The notes under the pieces are model-generated. The model was given only the letters and a program-made list of their open reading frames with translations, had not been told where the DNA came from and made no database searches. A DNA stretch of 64,000 nucleotides from Azolla caroliniana. Lineage: Eukaryota > Plantae > Polypodiophyta. Shown one piece after another: positions 1 to 12,198 of the stretch (within the stretch, counting starts at the first letter, position 1; every line of letters begins with the position of its first letter). The position numbers and the translations under genes were made by a program. Where the stretch lies: contig JBHGNT010000010.1 in the NCBI GenBank assembly GCA_043228905.1, forward strand, positions 11,160,001-11,224,000, written 5' to 3'.

Positions 1-3000
1 GGCCAAGGACAAGGCGGACGAGGTCCGACCTACGACAACGACTCCCAATTTCAGCCGCAAAACGGAAGCCAACGAGGAACCTTAGCAAGAAGGGGGAGCT
101 TCCACTCCAGCTTGAGCCATCAAAACGCAACCGAATGCGGATATTGCGGAAAGCTCGGCCACAACGAAGAAGAGTGCCGAAGGAAGATGCGCGAATCGGC
201 TTCCACAAGCCGACAACACACGAATTACGCGCACAACTCCGACTACGAAGATCGTGGCGGAATGTACAGGCACAACTCCGACTACGAAGATCGTGGCGGA
301 ATGTATGCATGCAACTCCGACCGTGGCGGAATGTCATGATGAAATATAGAGCAAACTCTATGTCGGCCTCTACCTCAACTAGCGCCTCCGGTCCGGAAGA
401 CGTATGGTTCGTCGATTCTAGTGCCTCGAACCATATGACATCACATCAAGAATGGTTCCGAGAACTTCGAGAGACGGACCGACCCGGCTATGTCGAAACC
501 GGAGACGACACTACGCACCCGATTCAGGACATCGGTAATGTTCCGTTCGGAAAAGAAGGTAAGCAAAATTACATTAAAAATGTCTTGCATGTACCGACCA
601 TTACGAAGAATTTGGTCTCCGTCGGCCAAATTGTAGAGCAAGGGATGCAAGTTCGATTTAATCAAGGCGGTTGCTTCATCGAAAAAGAGGGCCGACTCAT
701 CGCACGCGGACGAAGAGAGGGCCGAATGTTCATTCTCGACTCACACGAGATGAAATCGTCCATGTTCGCAAAGGGCATGAATGCCGACTCCGACATAGAG
801 TTGTGGCACAAGCGAATCGGCCACATCAATCTCAACAAACTCAAAGCAATGAAATCGAAAGGAGTCGTCATCGGACTTCCGACATTCAAAGAGAAGGAGA
901 TTGAAGGTGTATGCGAAGCATGCCAATTCGGCAAGCAACACCGACACCCATTCCCAAAAGAGCGGAACGTGAGCAAAGGTCTACTCGACGTAGTCCATTC
1001 CGACGTATGGGGACCGGCGTAGACGGCTACATTCGGCGGATACCAATATTACGTACTCTTCATCGACGACTTCTCTAGGCACACTTGGATCTACCCGATG
1101 CAGCAAAAGAGTGAAGTGTTTGGGCACTTCCAAAAATTCAAGTATGAAGTCGAGAAAGCCACGAGCTGACATGTACGATGCCTTCGATCGGATAGCAGCA
1201 AGGAGTACTTCTCGGATGATTTCACGACATACCTCCGAAAGGAAGGAATTCGGTGAGAATTCACTTGCTGACACACTCCGCAACAAAACGGAGTAGCCGA
1301 GCACAAAAATCGGCACATCCTCGAAGTAGCGCGGGCCATGATGAACGAGAAGCATATGCCCAAGTCATATTGGGCTGAAGCTGCAAATACGGCCGTCTAC
1401 CTAATGAACCGATGCACAACATCTGGCGTGCACGAGGTCACTCCGCACGAAAAATACTTCGGAAAGAAGCTGGAGTTATCGCACACCCGAATATTTGGGG
1501 TGATAGCGTATGTGCACATCCCTGACGAGAAGCGTCAAAAGCTTGACCCGAAGTCGAAGAAATGTATCCTCGTAGGATACTCACTGGAGCAAAAGGGGTA
1601 CAAGTGCTACAACCCCTCAACTCGAAAATCTCGAGTAAGTCGAGACGTCGTTTTGGACGAGTCCGCATCCCGGTACGCACCAGAGACAACTCCGACTCTG
1701 ATTCCGCTCGGATCAGAATCCGCCGAACAAGAGATAGAGGATGAAGATCACCTTACACGCATGTTCGAAGAAAGTCCGATCACGACCCGTCTGAGCGGAC
1801 CACAAGAGCCTTTGAGCGATCAAAGCACATCACGGCCTAGCCTGAAGACGAACAAAGGCAAGGCAAAAATGTCGGAATACGAAGACGATCGCTTCGACGA
1901 CAATGAGTCGACTCACTCACTCGACAATGAGTTCGGCGGCTTCGATGTACCAATCGGAGCTATGAAAGCCCTCATCTCTGCTGGGACGAGACATGGGATC
2001 TCGTTCCCACCTCACCACACAAAAAGGCGATTAGATGCAGATGGATATACAAAGTGAAGTACAATGCTGACGGTTCCGTCAACCGCTACAAAGCGCTGCT
2101 TGTAGTGAAAGGCTACGCCCAAACACACGAAGCTGACTATGAGGAGACCTTTGCCCTAGTGGCAAAGATGACGACGGTACGGACCGTAATTGCGCTTGCC
2201 GCGGCGAAATGGTGGCACCTCCATCAAATGGACGTCAAGAACGCCTTTCTACAAGGCAAATTAGAAGAGGAGGTGTACATGATACAACCACCCAGCTTCA
2301 ACTCGAGCACCCTTTCAAAAGTTGTTTGCCGACTCAAGAAGCCACTCTACGGCCTCAAGCAAGCATCGCGTGCTTGACATTCGAAGATAACGTAATATCT
2401 TCATCAAATCGGCTTTCGAATGTCAAAATCGGACAACTCCCTCTACATACGAAGCGATTCGGCAAGTCCGATTGTCATCATCTTATATGTGAACGACCTA
2501 GTCATTGGAGGTGAGCATCTCGTCGAACTCAATAAGGTCAAATCCCTCCTTTCCGACAAGTTCGAGATGACGGACATGAAGGACCTCCACTACTTCCTCG
2601 ACATCGAGGTAATTCGGACTTCAGCCGGAATCATGATCTCTCAACGACACTACATCCTCAACTTGTTATACAAGTTCGGGATGGCTGAGTGCAAATCCAC
2701 GACAACCCCGCTCGATCACAATCTCAAATTGGATGCGACCTCCGGCACCAAAGTGTGTGAGCTGACTTAGTATCGACAACTCATTCAAAGTCTCATCTAC
2801 CTCACGATCACTCGAGCCGATGTCAGTTATCCGGTTGGTCTCCTTAGTCAATTCATGCAAACACCGCGTCATACTCACTTGGATTGCGCTAAGCGAGTTC
2901 TACGATACGTGAGCGGCACAATGGATTGTGGCATCCTCTACAAGATCACGATGCCAATACGACTCGAGGGGTACACAGACGCCGATTGGGCCAGCTACAA

Positions 3001-3457
3001 AGCCGATAGAAGATCAACCTCCGGATTTGTTTTCTCCCTTGGCAGCGGAGCAATATCTTGGAGCAACAAAAAGCAACCAACCGTCGCTCTTTCGAGCATA
3101 GAGGCAGAATTCTGGGGCGCGACAGTGGCCGCATGTGAAGCCGTATGGCTCAAGAGGATACTCAAGGTTTTGGGCATACCCATCAAGGATCCGACTTCCC
3201 TTTACTGCGACAACATGAGCAATATCTATCTGCCTTGGAACCCGGTGTTCCACATGCGGACTAAGCACATCAAAGTGCGCTATCACTTCATCCGAGAGCG
3301 CGTTCTAGCTGGCGATGTCAACCTACAACACATTAGCACCAATCTTCAAACGACCGACATCTTCACTAAAGCCTTAGGAGCCGACAAGCTATGGCAATTC
3401 ATGACCGATCTCGCATTGACGATCCCTAACCTATGCAACGAAGACATTATGCAATAA
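1..3457 (+). pseudogene. copia gag-pol, multiple stops/frameshifts
   Basis: ORF fragments 112-339, 135-1022, 1338-2057, 2054-2377, 2420-2770 and 2855-3457 give collinear copia domains. Confidence 0.93.
231..334 (+). repeat. 39-bp in-frame tandem repeat (~2.5 copies) at end of gag
   Basis: cacaactccgactacgaagatcgtggcggaatgt occurs twice plus a shortened third copy; encodes HNSDYEDRGGMY. Confidence 0.9.
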
Positions 3458-3657
3458 CGCGTGGATTCCGCAACCACGCAACGAAGCCGTAAAGAAAGAC
3501 GCAAGCCGAAGCACAGACTTTGCAACTATGCACAACACAAGCTGGAGCACGGATTCCGCAACTCCGCATAAAGCGAGTCGACGCGGACTCCGGAATGTGA
3601 GTCGAAGCAGATTTCGGGTACTGTCTGAAATCGACCCGACTTGAGCTTGAGGGGGTG

Positions 3658-4025
3658 TGTTGAGAATCAAGCTCAACTTGGTCTACTGTGTGAACTCACC
3701 TTGAGAGTGAATAGACACTCCAACGGTCAAGAGTCACCATTAAGTCACCACTTTGTATTCTAGCATTTAGTATGAGTCATAGAATCATATTCTATGACAC
3801 ATAACTTATGAGCTTTCACATTCCCCATGCTCCATGAGTCGTGTAGTTAATGAAGAGAGAGGGTGACTATATAAAGCACCCTCCTCCCTCTTTGTAAAAT
3901 GTTGACTCTTTCTCCTTTGTTAATATACTTAACCTTGCGTATACTCTGTGTATGTGTGTGTGTGTCTCTCTCTATCTCATACACACACACACACAGTTCA
4001 CACCTATTCCGCTACACAAGGATCA
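3658..4025 (+). repeat. 3' LTR of copia A1
   Basis: TGTTGAGAATCAAGCTCAAC...CCGCTACACAAGGATCA; TATA (tatataaa) near 3868; homologous to the reverse complement of 11760-12198. Confidence 0.9.
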
Positions 4026-4900
4026 TACACGAATATTTACACCACAAAACAATTTCCATAAAGATAATGGCGCCATGACTTTAGCGCATGGATAAGTACA
4101 AATAATTCCTTTTCTTGAATGATATACCAACATTGAGCAAAATCAAGTTTCTTACTCTCAAATGCTATTGGTTTACCATCTTGATATAAGACAACACCTA
4201 TAGTATAATCGCTTGCATCGGTTTCAACTTGAAAAGGTTTTGAAGAATCTAGTAAAAGACGTGAAGGAGCCTTACACGCATGGTAATTGAGTTCCTTAAA
4301 GGTGAGATCTAGTGTAGCATTCCATATAATAGGTTTTGTAGACTTACATGTTTGACCTTTTAGAACATCCGAAAATGGCGTCATCAATTGAGAATAATTG
4401 TGAAGAAATTTTCGCAAAAACCCGACAAAACCAGGGAATGATTGAACTTCTCGAATATTTCGAAGAGTGGGCCAGAGATTGACTTTCGGGATTGGAGAAG
4501 GATCAATTTCAACTCCTCGTTCGGTTATGAGATGTCCAAGATAAGTAATTGATTTCTTGAAGAACTCGCATTTCGAGATTTTCTCGTAGAATTGCTTGTC
4601 ACGCAATGTTTGTAAAAAAAGCAGACATGTTTAGCATGTTCTTCTAATGTACGGCTATAAACTAGAATATTATCCAAGAAAATAACAACAAATTTTCCTA
4701 GTTGTTCTCGGAAGATGTCATTCATTTCTTGTTGAAACATGGCCAAAGCATTGGTCAAACCAAAAGGCATGACCAAAAACTCATAATGGCCATAGCGCGT
4801 ATGAAATGCCATTTTAGGAACATCTTCCTCACTTATATGAATTTGATGTTAGCCCGTATGGAGATAAAGTTTCGTAAAATATCGAGCTCCCTAGAGACGG
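4026..4900 (-). pseudogene. Ty3/gypsy (chromovirus-like) pol RT-RNaseH remnant, part 1
   Basis: [51 protein letters not shown]. The reading frame continues at 10122 across the 4901-10121 insertion. Confidence 0.9.
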
Positions 4901-5556
4901 TGTCGTGAAGATTTCCGGCTATAGTGTGAAACCGGGGTGGAATAGGGCAAGTCGGTGGTGTGCAACATGTGCACATGTATAGTAGGAAAACGGTGTATAG
5001 AATAAAGGGGGAGTATTGATCCCACATTGTAACGTTCCTCCCTCCTTGGGCTATAAAAGGAAGGGAGTGGTCTCTTGTATGGGGTTGCCCATTTTGAGTC
5101 GTAAGGGTATACCATTTTGTAAAGGGTCGTTTTGTTAAGGATTTCTAGGGTTAGTAACTGTCTTGTGGTCTTCTTCTTCTTCTTCTTCTCCTTCTTGAAA
5201 AGTCGGGCGCCGCAACTATGGTGACAAAGCTGTTAGGTTAACTCCCTTTTCTTGGGAGCATAGCTAGCTCGAAGCCGGGGTTGTATCTTTCCTTTGTAAT
5301 ATATACACTTATACTTGTTTGTGCATATTGGTGTATCTGGTGGTGTCGGGAGCATAGCCCCTTTCGTTTCCTATGCATAAGAGTCGGTGCCACGCGCATG
5401 CTCTCTTTGTCTTTGTCTCTCTCTCTCTCTCTCTCTCTCGTTTTTGGTTGTCTCCGGGTTGTGTCCGGAGTCAGTTTTCTTGGTGTCTACTTTCTCTCTC
5501 GTCCGAGACCCCCGTGGTTCCGCCCCTTCTACACGCGCATGCGTAACAACGCGACA
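4901..5556 (+). repeat. 5' LTR
   Basis: TGTCGTGAAG...GCGACA, direct repeat of 9478-10121; TATA ctataaaa near 5051; (CTT)n and (CT)n tracts. Confidence 0.93.
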
Positions 5557-5560
5557 TCTT

Positions 5561-5578
5561 TGGTGAACCCGACGTGAA
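5561..5578 (+). promoter_or_regulatory. Primer-binding site, tRNA-Trp
   Basis: TGGTGAACCCGACGTGAA is the reverse complement of the 3' end of plant tRNA-Trp as recalled (...TTCACGTCGGGTTCACCA); starts 4 nt after the LTR. Confidence 0.85.
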
Positions 5579-5595
5579 AGGGGCGGCAAGGGAGA

Positions 5596-6782
5596 ATGGA
5601 GTTGGAAGAAGACGACTTCGCGCAACTTTTTGTCGAAGAACAAGCTGTTGAGCAACAACAAGAAGAGAGACGGCGCAACAAGCTGTTGAGCGGGTGGTCG
5701 AAGGAGTCGACCATTTCAACGGGGACAAGGTCCCATTCTACTTGGAAGCCTACAACGTGGAAATGGAGGAGTGAGATGTAGACGAGGCATTGAGGCTGGA
5801 ATTCTTCTATTGGGTCATCGTCGTCCGTATGCACGTGGAAGTGAAGGAGCTCCGAGAAGCTCATAGTTCGTGGGAGGCCTTCGAAGAGACGCTCCTGCAG
5901 GCATATGGAGGACGACGGAAGAGCCGGGGACGACGCGGCTTTGACCAGTGGGTGGCGTCGGCGAAGACCTACCGGGGCGCAACAAAGGCGTTCCGAGAGT
6001 TCGAGCGACGGCTTGCTCGGCTCCCGAAGCGGGAACAAGGTTTGGTGGGGACGGACAAAGTCTTGTTGTTCGTTAAGTCAATCGACCGAGCGGAACGGGA
6101 GGCCATCGGGATTGAGCTCGAAGATGAGGACGGAGTGAATGGTCTTACAGAGGATTGGCCGAAGGTCGAAGGGGTATGCCGACGGCTAGATGACGAGCGG
6201 GCCGAGAAGGCTAGGAGGAAGGCGTGCGACGGCGTGCCATCACAACGGGAAGAGGCCAAACGGCAAAGAGAATCGGCAAGGCTCGATTTCGGGGCCAGGT
6301 TTGCGAAGGCATACGCAGCTCTCGAGGCAGTGCTCGAAGTGGAGGAAAGAACGAGGCCGCGAGCCGACGCCGAGGGGACGGACTTGCCCCACGAGATGGC
6401 AGAAGATTGGTACAACGGTACCATGGGAGAGGGTGCGGAACAAAACGCCCTCTCTACTTGCGGAGACAGAACGGCCAAGGACAAGGCCGAGATACCAATC
6501 GCAGAATCGGAACATTGGGACCGGCGGTTTTGGGCGCGTCAGCCCGAAACTCTGGACATTGGAGAAGCAAGCCCAGGCGAGGCTTGCGTGTTCGGTAAGG
6601 AGTCGACCACTGACTATGAGGAACTGATGGCTACAGACAAGGGCGCAAATAGGACGGGCGGTTCTACGTGTCTTCCCACACTTGCTCTCAAGACGATGGC
6701 AGTCTGGGCCGAGTGCCCACGTGAGTCCCATGAGGAGGAAGGTGGCGGCGTGAAACCGAGAATCGCTGGCGAGACGATATGA
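5596..6782 (+). pseudogene. Gag-like (capsid) ORF, frameshifted
   Basis: ATG at 5596 just after the PBS; HFNGDKVPFYLEAYNVEM / SWEAFEETLLQAYG / LTEDWPKVE resemble a gypsy Gag capsid region. Confidence 0.6.
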
Positions 6783-9045
6783 CGAAGGAGCGGAGAAAAG
6801 CCCTCGGAACCGATTCTGGAGAACTCGGCATTCGGGCCTTTATGCCCACGTGAGACCGAGGAGATGGATGACGATACTGAGGAGTCCTGGCACGATGCTA
6901 GCGAAGATGGATGGGAAATGGCCCGTGAGGAGGTTGGCGAAGGAACCATGGAACGACCCGACCAGGGACCGAACTGTGCGGCACTTCGATTCGGGTGGGG
7001 CGCAATCTGGTCGTGGATTGTTCAACGGGGGCAGAATCGGCATGAGGGTGCCGGTACAGGAGAGGGTGCAGAACGAGCCACCCTCTTTTACATGGGGAGA
7101 AAGACCGACCGAGTGAATGTCGGGAATCGAAAGGAAGGTGATGGAGGGTTCAGAAGGAATCCGGCGGGATCGGCATCGGAGCCGAAACTTCGAACATTGG
7201 AGAATCAAGCCCAGGCGGGGCTTGGTTGATCACAGAGCGGATACTATCCACCGACACCACTAAAAGGGTCGGTGGCCTGGGATGAGTCGCCGAAAGACGT
7301 TACAAAATCGGTTACCCCACATCTTGACCGTAGACTCTGACAGTTCAAGCCAACATGGCAATGTGAGACCGAAAGAGAAGGGAGATCGTAGGGGAGCGTA
7401 AAGGAGGGATCAACAACGACGGGGAGAAACGGAAGGAGAAAGGAAGACTGGTCCTATGGGATCCTCACACCGATCCAGAGACCTTCGCAGTGCAAGCCGG
7501 CGAGGCAACGTAAGACCAAGGAGAAGGATGGAGGCGGTAGGAAACAGGACCCAACAATGCGAAGTGACGGACAAACCCGAACGAGAACCGGGCGGAGCAG
7601 ACTTCCAGATAACCGATCCGGAAGGGAGGAAGGGGCAGGCCTACAAAGAGGCCGGGAACACGGTACGGCGGTACCACGAGGGAGGGTGTGGAACAAGCCA
7701 CCCTCTAGGCATGCGCATAAGGGCGACCCGGGAAAGGGTCAGGAAGGCAAATCGAGGCCCAAGGAGGATCCTTCACACCGGATCTAGAGACTTCGACAGT
7801 CGGCAATGGAGCCAACGTAAGACCAAGAGATTGACAATGGCGGTGAGGGGACGAGGGAAAGGCAGCGGAAGACCGGTCCTATGGGATCCTCACACCAATC
7901 CGGAGACATCGGTAGTTCAAGCTGGCGTGGAAACGTGAGACCGAGTGAGAAGGATGGTGGCGGTAGGAAACGGGAACCGGCTACGACGGAAGGGCGGAAG
8001 GGCAATTTGCGGAGATCCTCACACCAATCCGGCGGTCGGCCTGAGTGCTGCCGTGAATCCTATAAGAGAGATCAGTGGCGGCAGGTGAACGTGACCAGCC
8101 GAAGAGGCCGACGCGGAGGTTGGGACTACGGCGAGAGGAAATGGCAAGCCGTGCTGCTTCGACCTTACACACACCGGTTCTAGACACTTCAGAGGTTGGC
8201 CCGAGTGCCAACGTGAGACCTAGAGAGAAGAACGGTGGTGGCGGCAAGGCGGGAAACCGAAGATGGCAAGGGGGAGGTCCCACGAAGAGACTCACATCGA
8301 TCCGGAGAATCCGGCAGCCGGCGACGACAACCAGCGTGAGACCTAGAGAGAAGGACGGTGGCGGTAGGAGAACGTGATCGGACGAAGGAAAGTAGAGCGA
8401 AAGGAGGTATGAGGCCGATGAGGCGGCCACGAACCGGATACGGACCCGACCGGCAGAGTCAGCAAGACAAAGATCGGACGCGCTTGGTACGAGAGTCGGT
8501 GACCCAATAAAACGGAGGCCCGAGAAGGATCCTTCACACTTGCCTGGAGACCCCGACTATTCGGCCGACGTGGCAACTTGAGACCGAGGGTAATGGAAGG
8601 TGGCGGCAAGGGGACTAAAGCGGCAACATCAGAAGCACCGACCAGCCAAGGCGTTACGTGAACGAAGGAGGCCATGCGGGCCGGGACGCGGCAAGGGTGA
8701 TCTTCCGGTAAGCTATCGGGGACACCCGGTTAAGGAGCAGTGGGCTGAGCTCGGAAAGGCACACCCGAAAGCGGAATGGAAGACGTACATGTGGCTATCA
8801 AGGGTTAAAGCGAAGCATGAGTACGGGACGGTGTTCGGCACAGGCGGTGCTGAACAAGGAAGGTGGATGCGCAGCACACAGAGGTGCTAGAGCGGGAACA
8901 CCGGCGCGGAGATAGGTTGTCGGTTCAGGTGATCTCGAACGAAATGTCGGAGAGCGATCCTCCACATTGGTTCCGGAGACCTTGGTAGTCCGAGCCGACG
9001 TAGCAACATAAGACCAAGGAGACGGAAGGTGGTGGTGAGGGGACG
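6672..9045 (+). repeat. Dispersed array of ~11 degenerate ~90-bp units
   Basis: Consensus gatcctcacacc...gagac...gcaacgtgagacc.ag.gagaaggayggtggcggtagg at about 6672, 6800, 7315, 7459, 7766, 7884, 8013, 8161, 8289, 8528 and 8956. Confidence 0.8.
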
Positions 9046-9477
9046 AAGGTGATGGGCAACAACACGGGACGGAAACCAGGACGACGTGAAGGCCACCAAC
9101 ATGGACGTCAGGGTGACGGCTGGCTCTACCTTGAAAGAGCGTGGCAAGCAAGGGAAAAACACGAGCGCGTACTCGGGGAACGATAATGGCACACGGGAAG
9201 AACCCACGGAAGGACATGCACGGCGAGTGAAGGAAGAGAGACCGGGTCGGCAACGGTGTTCGGGAGGGCCGGTCGAAGAAGAAGGTGCGTGCGGCGGACG
9301 TGGTGGATCGGATGGAGAGACGGGTCGGGGCCGGTAAGGAGCTGGCAAGATGGATCGGGGCCGAGACGGTTGGGTTTCGGTAAGGCGAAGGACCCGGTTG
9401 CTCACCGTCGCCGAAATCTCTCACCCCTTTTCCTTCCTTGGCACATACCGGTGGATGTGCGGTTTGGTGGGGGTGGA

Positions 9478-9971
9478 TGTTGTGAAGATTTCCGGCTATA
9501 GTGTGAAACCGGGGTGGAATAGGGCAAGTCGGTGGTGTGCAACATGTGCACATGTATAGTAGGAAAATGGTGCATAGAATAAAGGGGGAGTATTGATCCC
9601 ACATTGTAACATTCCTCCCTCCTTGGGCTATAAAAGGAAGGGAGGGGTCTCTTGTATGGGGTTGCCCATTTTGAGTCGTAAGGGTATACCATTTTGTAGG
9701 GGGTCGTTTTGTTAAGGATTTCTAAGGTTAGTAACTCTCTTGTGGTCTTCTTCTCCTTCTCCTTCTTGAGAAGTCGGGCATCGCAGCTCTGGCGGCAATG
9801 CTGTTAGGTTAACTCCCTTTTCTTGGGAGCGTAGACGGTTCGAAGCCGGGGTTGTATCTTTCCTTTGTAATATATACACTTATACTTGTTTGTGCATATT
9901 GGTGTATCTGGTGGTGTTGGGAGCATAGCCCCTTTCGTTTCCTGTGCATAAGAGTCGGTGCCGCGCACATG

Positions 9972-10004
<33 letters not shown>

Positions 10005-10121
10005 GTGTTCGGTTGCCTCCGGGTCGTGTCCGGAGTCGGTTTTCTTGGCATCTACTTTCTCCCTCGTCTGAGACCCCCTTGGTCCCGCCCCTTCTACATG
10101 CACGCGCGTAACAATGTGACA
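9478..10121 (+). repeat. 3' LTR
   Basis: TGTTGTGAAG...GTGACA; direct repeat of 4901-5556. Confidence 0.93.
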
Positions 10122-10255
10122 ACGATTAATAAGATCGTTAGCCTGGGGCAATGGATATGAATTCTTGATGGTCACTTTATTCAAGCATCGGTAATTAATA
10201 CACATACTCCATGTGTCCTCTTTCTTTTTTACCTAGAGAATAGGTGCACCCCAAT
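10122..10255 (-). pseudogene. Ty3/gypsy RT remnant, part 2
   Basis: [27 protein letters not shown] joins L*GARYFTK at 4900. Confidence 0.85.
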
Positions 10256-10274
10256 CCGTTTTCTCGGAGCTCCA

Positions 10275-11084
10275 ATGTGTAAAAGAGAAGTTTGTAGCAC
10301 TAGAACAAGAAAATCAACGTATGTTGGGGATTCTTCAACAAATAGCTCTAGAAAAACAACAACATGGGGAGCTGACATTACGTGTGCAACAGCTTGAAGC
10401 TACTATGGTGTCACTACAACAACAGGGATCAAGCACTCAAGGGTCCCCCAAAGAACCCAAGACCACTCTTCCATGAAGTTTGATGGAACGCGATCACAGA
10501 TTAGAGGATTTCTTAATCAGGTACGTTTGGTGATTCAAATGCATCCTTCTCGATTTCCCACCGATGCATCATGAGTGGGACTAGTATGCACGCTACTTAG
10601 TGGCCTTTGTTAGAAAAAGGCTCTCTGTTGTTAAATAATTTTGAAGAGTTTATTAGCGAGTTTAAAACATGTTTTGGAGATACCGATAGCATTAGGACAG
10701 CAATCAACAAAATCCAAAGATTGCGTCAAGGTGATCGGCCTGCCTCAACTTATGCCGTAGATTTCTATCTTCTCGCCACCGATATTCCCTGGGATGACCA
10801 ATAATTGATGGAGCAATTTCACTATGGCCTACGTAATGATGTCAATGATTTACTCTTGACCTTCCCCAGAACTAATGTCACTCACAGAAGTAATCAATCG
10901 AGTGGTATGATGCGATAACCATCTTTTCGAACGACGTTCGGAACATTAGTTCCAGATGCCAACGACAAGATTAGAGCCCACCTACGCCTCAGTTGTAGCA
11001 AAAGCTTTTCCAAGAGAGTCATATAATGCGTCGCCAGCAAATACTCCAACTCTTATGGAAATTGACACCACACGTCATCGGGGA
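10275..11084 (+). pseudogene. Tcn1-like gag remnant, 5' part
   Basis: Homologous to gag 15382-16545 (RGFLNQVRLVIQMHP, PWDDQ, MEIDTTRHRG); interrupted at 11085 and resumes at 22766. Confidence 0.88.
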
Positions 11085-11472
11085 ATGTAACAGTTCATGC
11101 TAGGAGCGTAACGGACTAAAAGCCCTGTGTATATAAAGGGCGGAAATCCTCTGTAAAGGGCTAACGGGTATTTTTGGGAGCTAAATTTTGTAATACATTA
11201 CTATCTTCTCTGATTCCCGTGTCTGTGTAAGTCATCTACTGGTTCGGTGTAGTACTCGGTTGGTAACTGTGTGCTAGTAAGCGTAGGGTAAGTGTGTATA
11301 TGAGATCACACACTGGTGAGCTTCGGTTGTAGCCGTCTCCCTTCACGTCCAGAGGATACACTTTGCTTTCTAATCGTGTTGCGCTTTGCACACCTACGGA
11401 TCTATTCCTTGCACCGTAATCACCTTGAAGTCTACCTCGAAGGACTGAGAGTAGACAATGTTCCTAATCGGT
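11085..11472 (+). repeat. Left terminal direct repeat
   Basis: ATGTAACAGTTCA...TTCCTAATCGGT; TATA tatataaa near 11130. Confidence 0.9.
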
Positions 11473-11759
11473 AATACTTTTGGCACGCATGGTGGATTTG
11501 TGTTTCAGCACAGACGAGCAGCAAGGTATGGATGACTAGCCGTAGACGAGCCAGAGAACCGTCTCGAGAAGATCGACCACTCATGAGGTTTATCACTCGC
11601 CAGACAGAAGAGCACACTAAGCGAAAACCTCGCCTCAGCGACCACAACTGCTCCTTTCAGGAGTACACTATAGACTCCACGCTCATAGAACAACGCACGT
11701 CGACCACGAAGCCCTATTGCCACACGACCAAGGTAGTGCGATTTGTAAAGAATCGATGG

Positions 11760-12198
11760 TGATTCTTGTGTAGCGGAAGAGATGTGTGTTATGTGTATTT
11801 GTGAGAGGAAAGAGGAGAGGAGAGAAACACAAGATGGATAAGAGACAAAATGAAGTACTCAAGAAGAAGAAGATGTATATTAATAAGGAGAATATGATAA
11901 ATGAAAATATAGCATTACAAGGAGTCACAACCAACTTAGTATGAAGTATGACAAGGCTGCTTTATATAGAGTCACCCTCTCTCTTCATTAAATTACAACA
12001 ACCACTCTCTCTCTTGGGGAATGTGAAGACTTATAGTCATGGGGAATATGTAACTCATTAGTTATGTGTCATAGAATATGATTCATGACACATAGTTAAT
12101 GTGTAGAGAGTAGTGGTGTGACTCTTGGCCTTTGAGTAATCATGGATTCTCAAAAGGTGTGTTCACACGTTGCACTATGTTGAGCTTGATTCTCAACA
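11760..12198 (-). repeat. 3' LTR of copia A2
   Basis: Reverse complement is TGTTGAGAATCAAGCTCAAC...CACAAGAATCA; homologous to 3658-4025. Confidence 0.9.

Larger units (their letters stand above)
1..4025 (+). mobile_element. Ty1/copia LTR retrotransposon A1 (5' end outside window), degenerate
   Basis: Domain order is Gag CCHC (ECGYCGKLGHNEEEC), PR (WFVDSSASNHM), GAG-pre-integrase/INT (LWHKRIGH..CEAC, GYKCYNP), RT ([15 protein letters not shown]), RNaseH (GYTDADW, TDIFTKAL). PPT GAGCTTGAGGGGGTG lies at 3643-3657, then the LTR. Inserted into the RNaseH of a minus-strand Ty3 pol. Confidence 0.95.
4901..10121 (+). mobile_element. Non-autonomous Ty3/gypsy LTR element (tRNA-Trp primed, Phygy/Selgy-like), gag-only
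   Basis: LTRs 4901-5556 and 9478-10121 (TG...CA); PBS 5561-5578; PPT-like TGGTGGGGGTGGA 9465-9477; 4-bp TSD acgg/acga. No RT/INT motifs internally. Confidence 0.88.

Noticed and set aside
6672-9045. CRISPR-like repeat/spacer array
   Set aside because: Units are ~90 bp and highly degenerate, spacers are irregular, there are no cas genes, and the context is a eukaryotic LTR element.
11085-11472. Retrozyme / hammerhead ribozyme in the terminal repeat
   Set aside because: Only ctggtgag (ctagtgag in the other copy); no CTGANGA plus GAAA core found.
11754-11759. Same cgatgg flank at two copia insertions (11760 and 19547)
   Set aside because: Different families and opposite orientations; two cases are compatible with chance.
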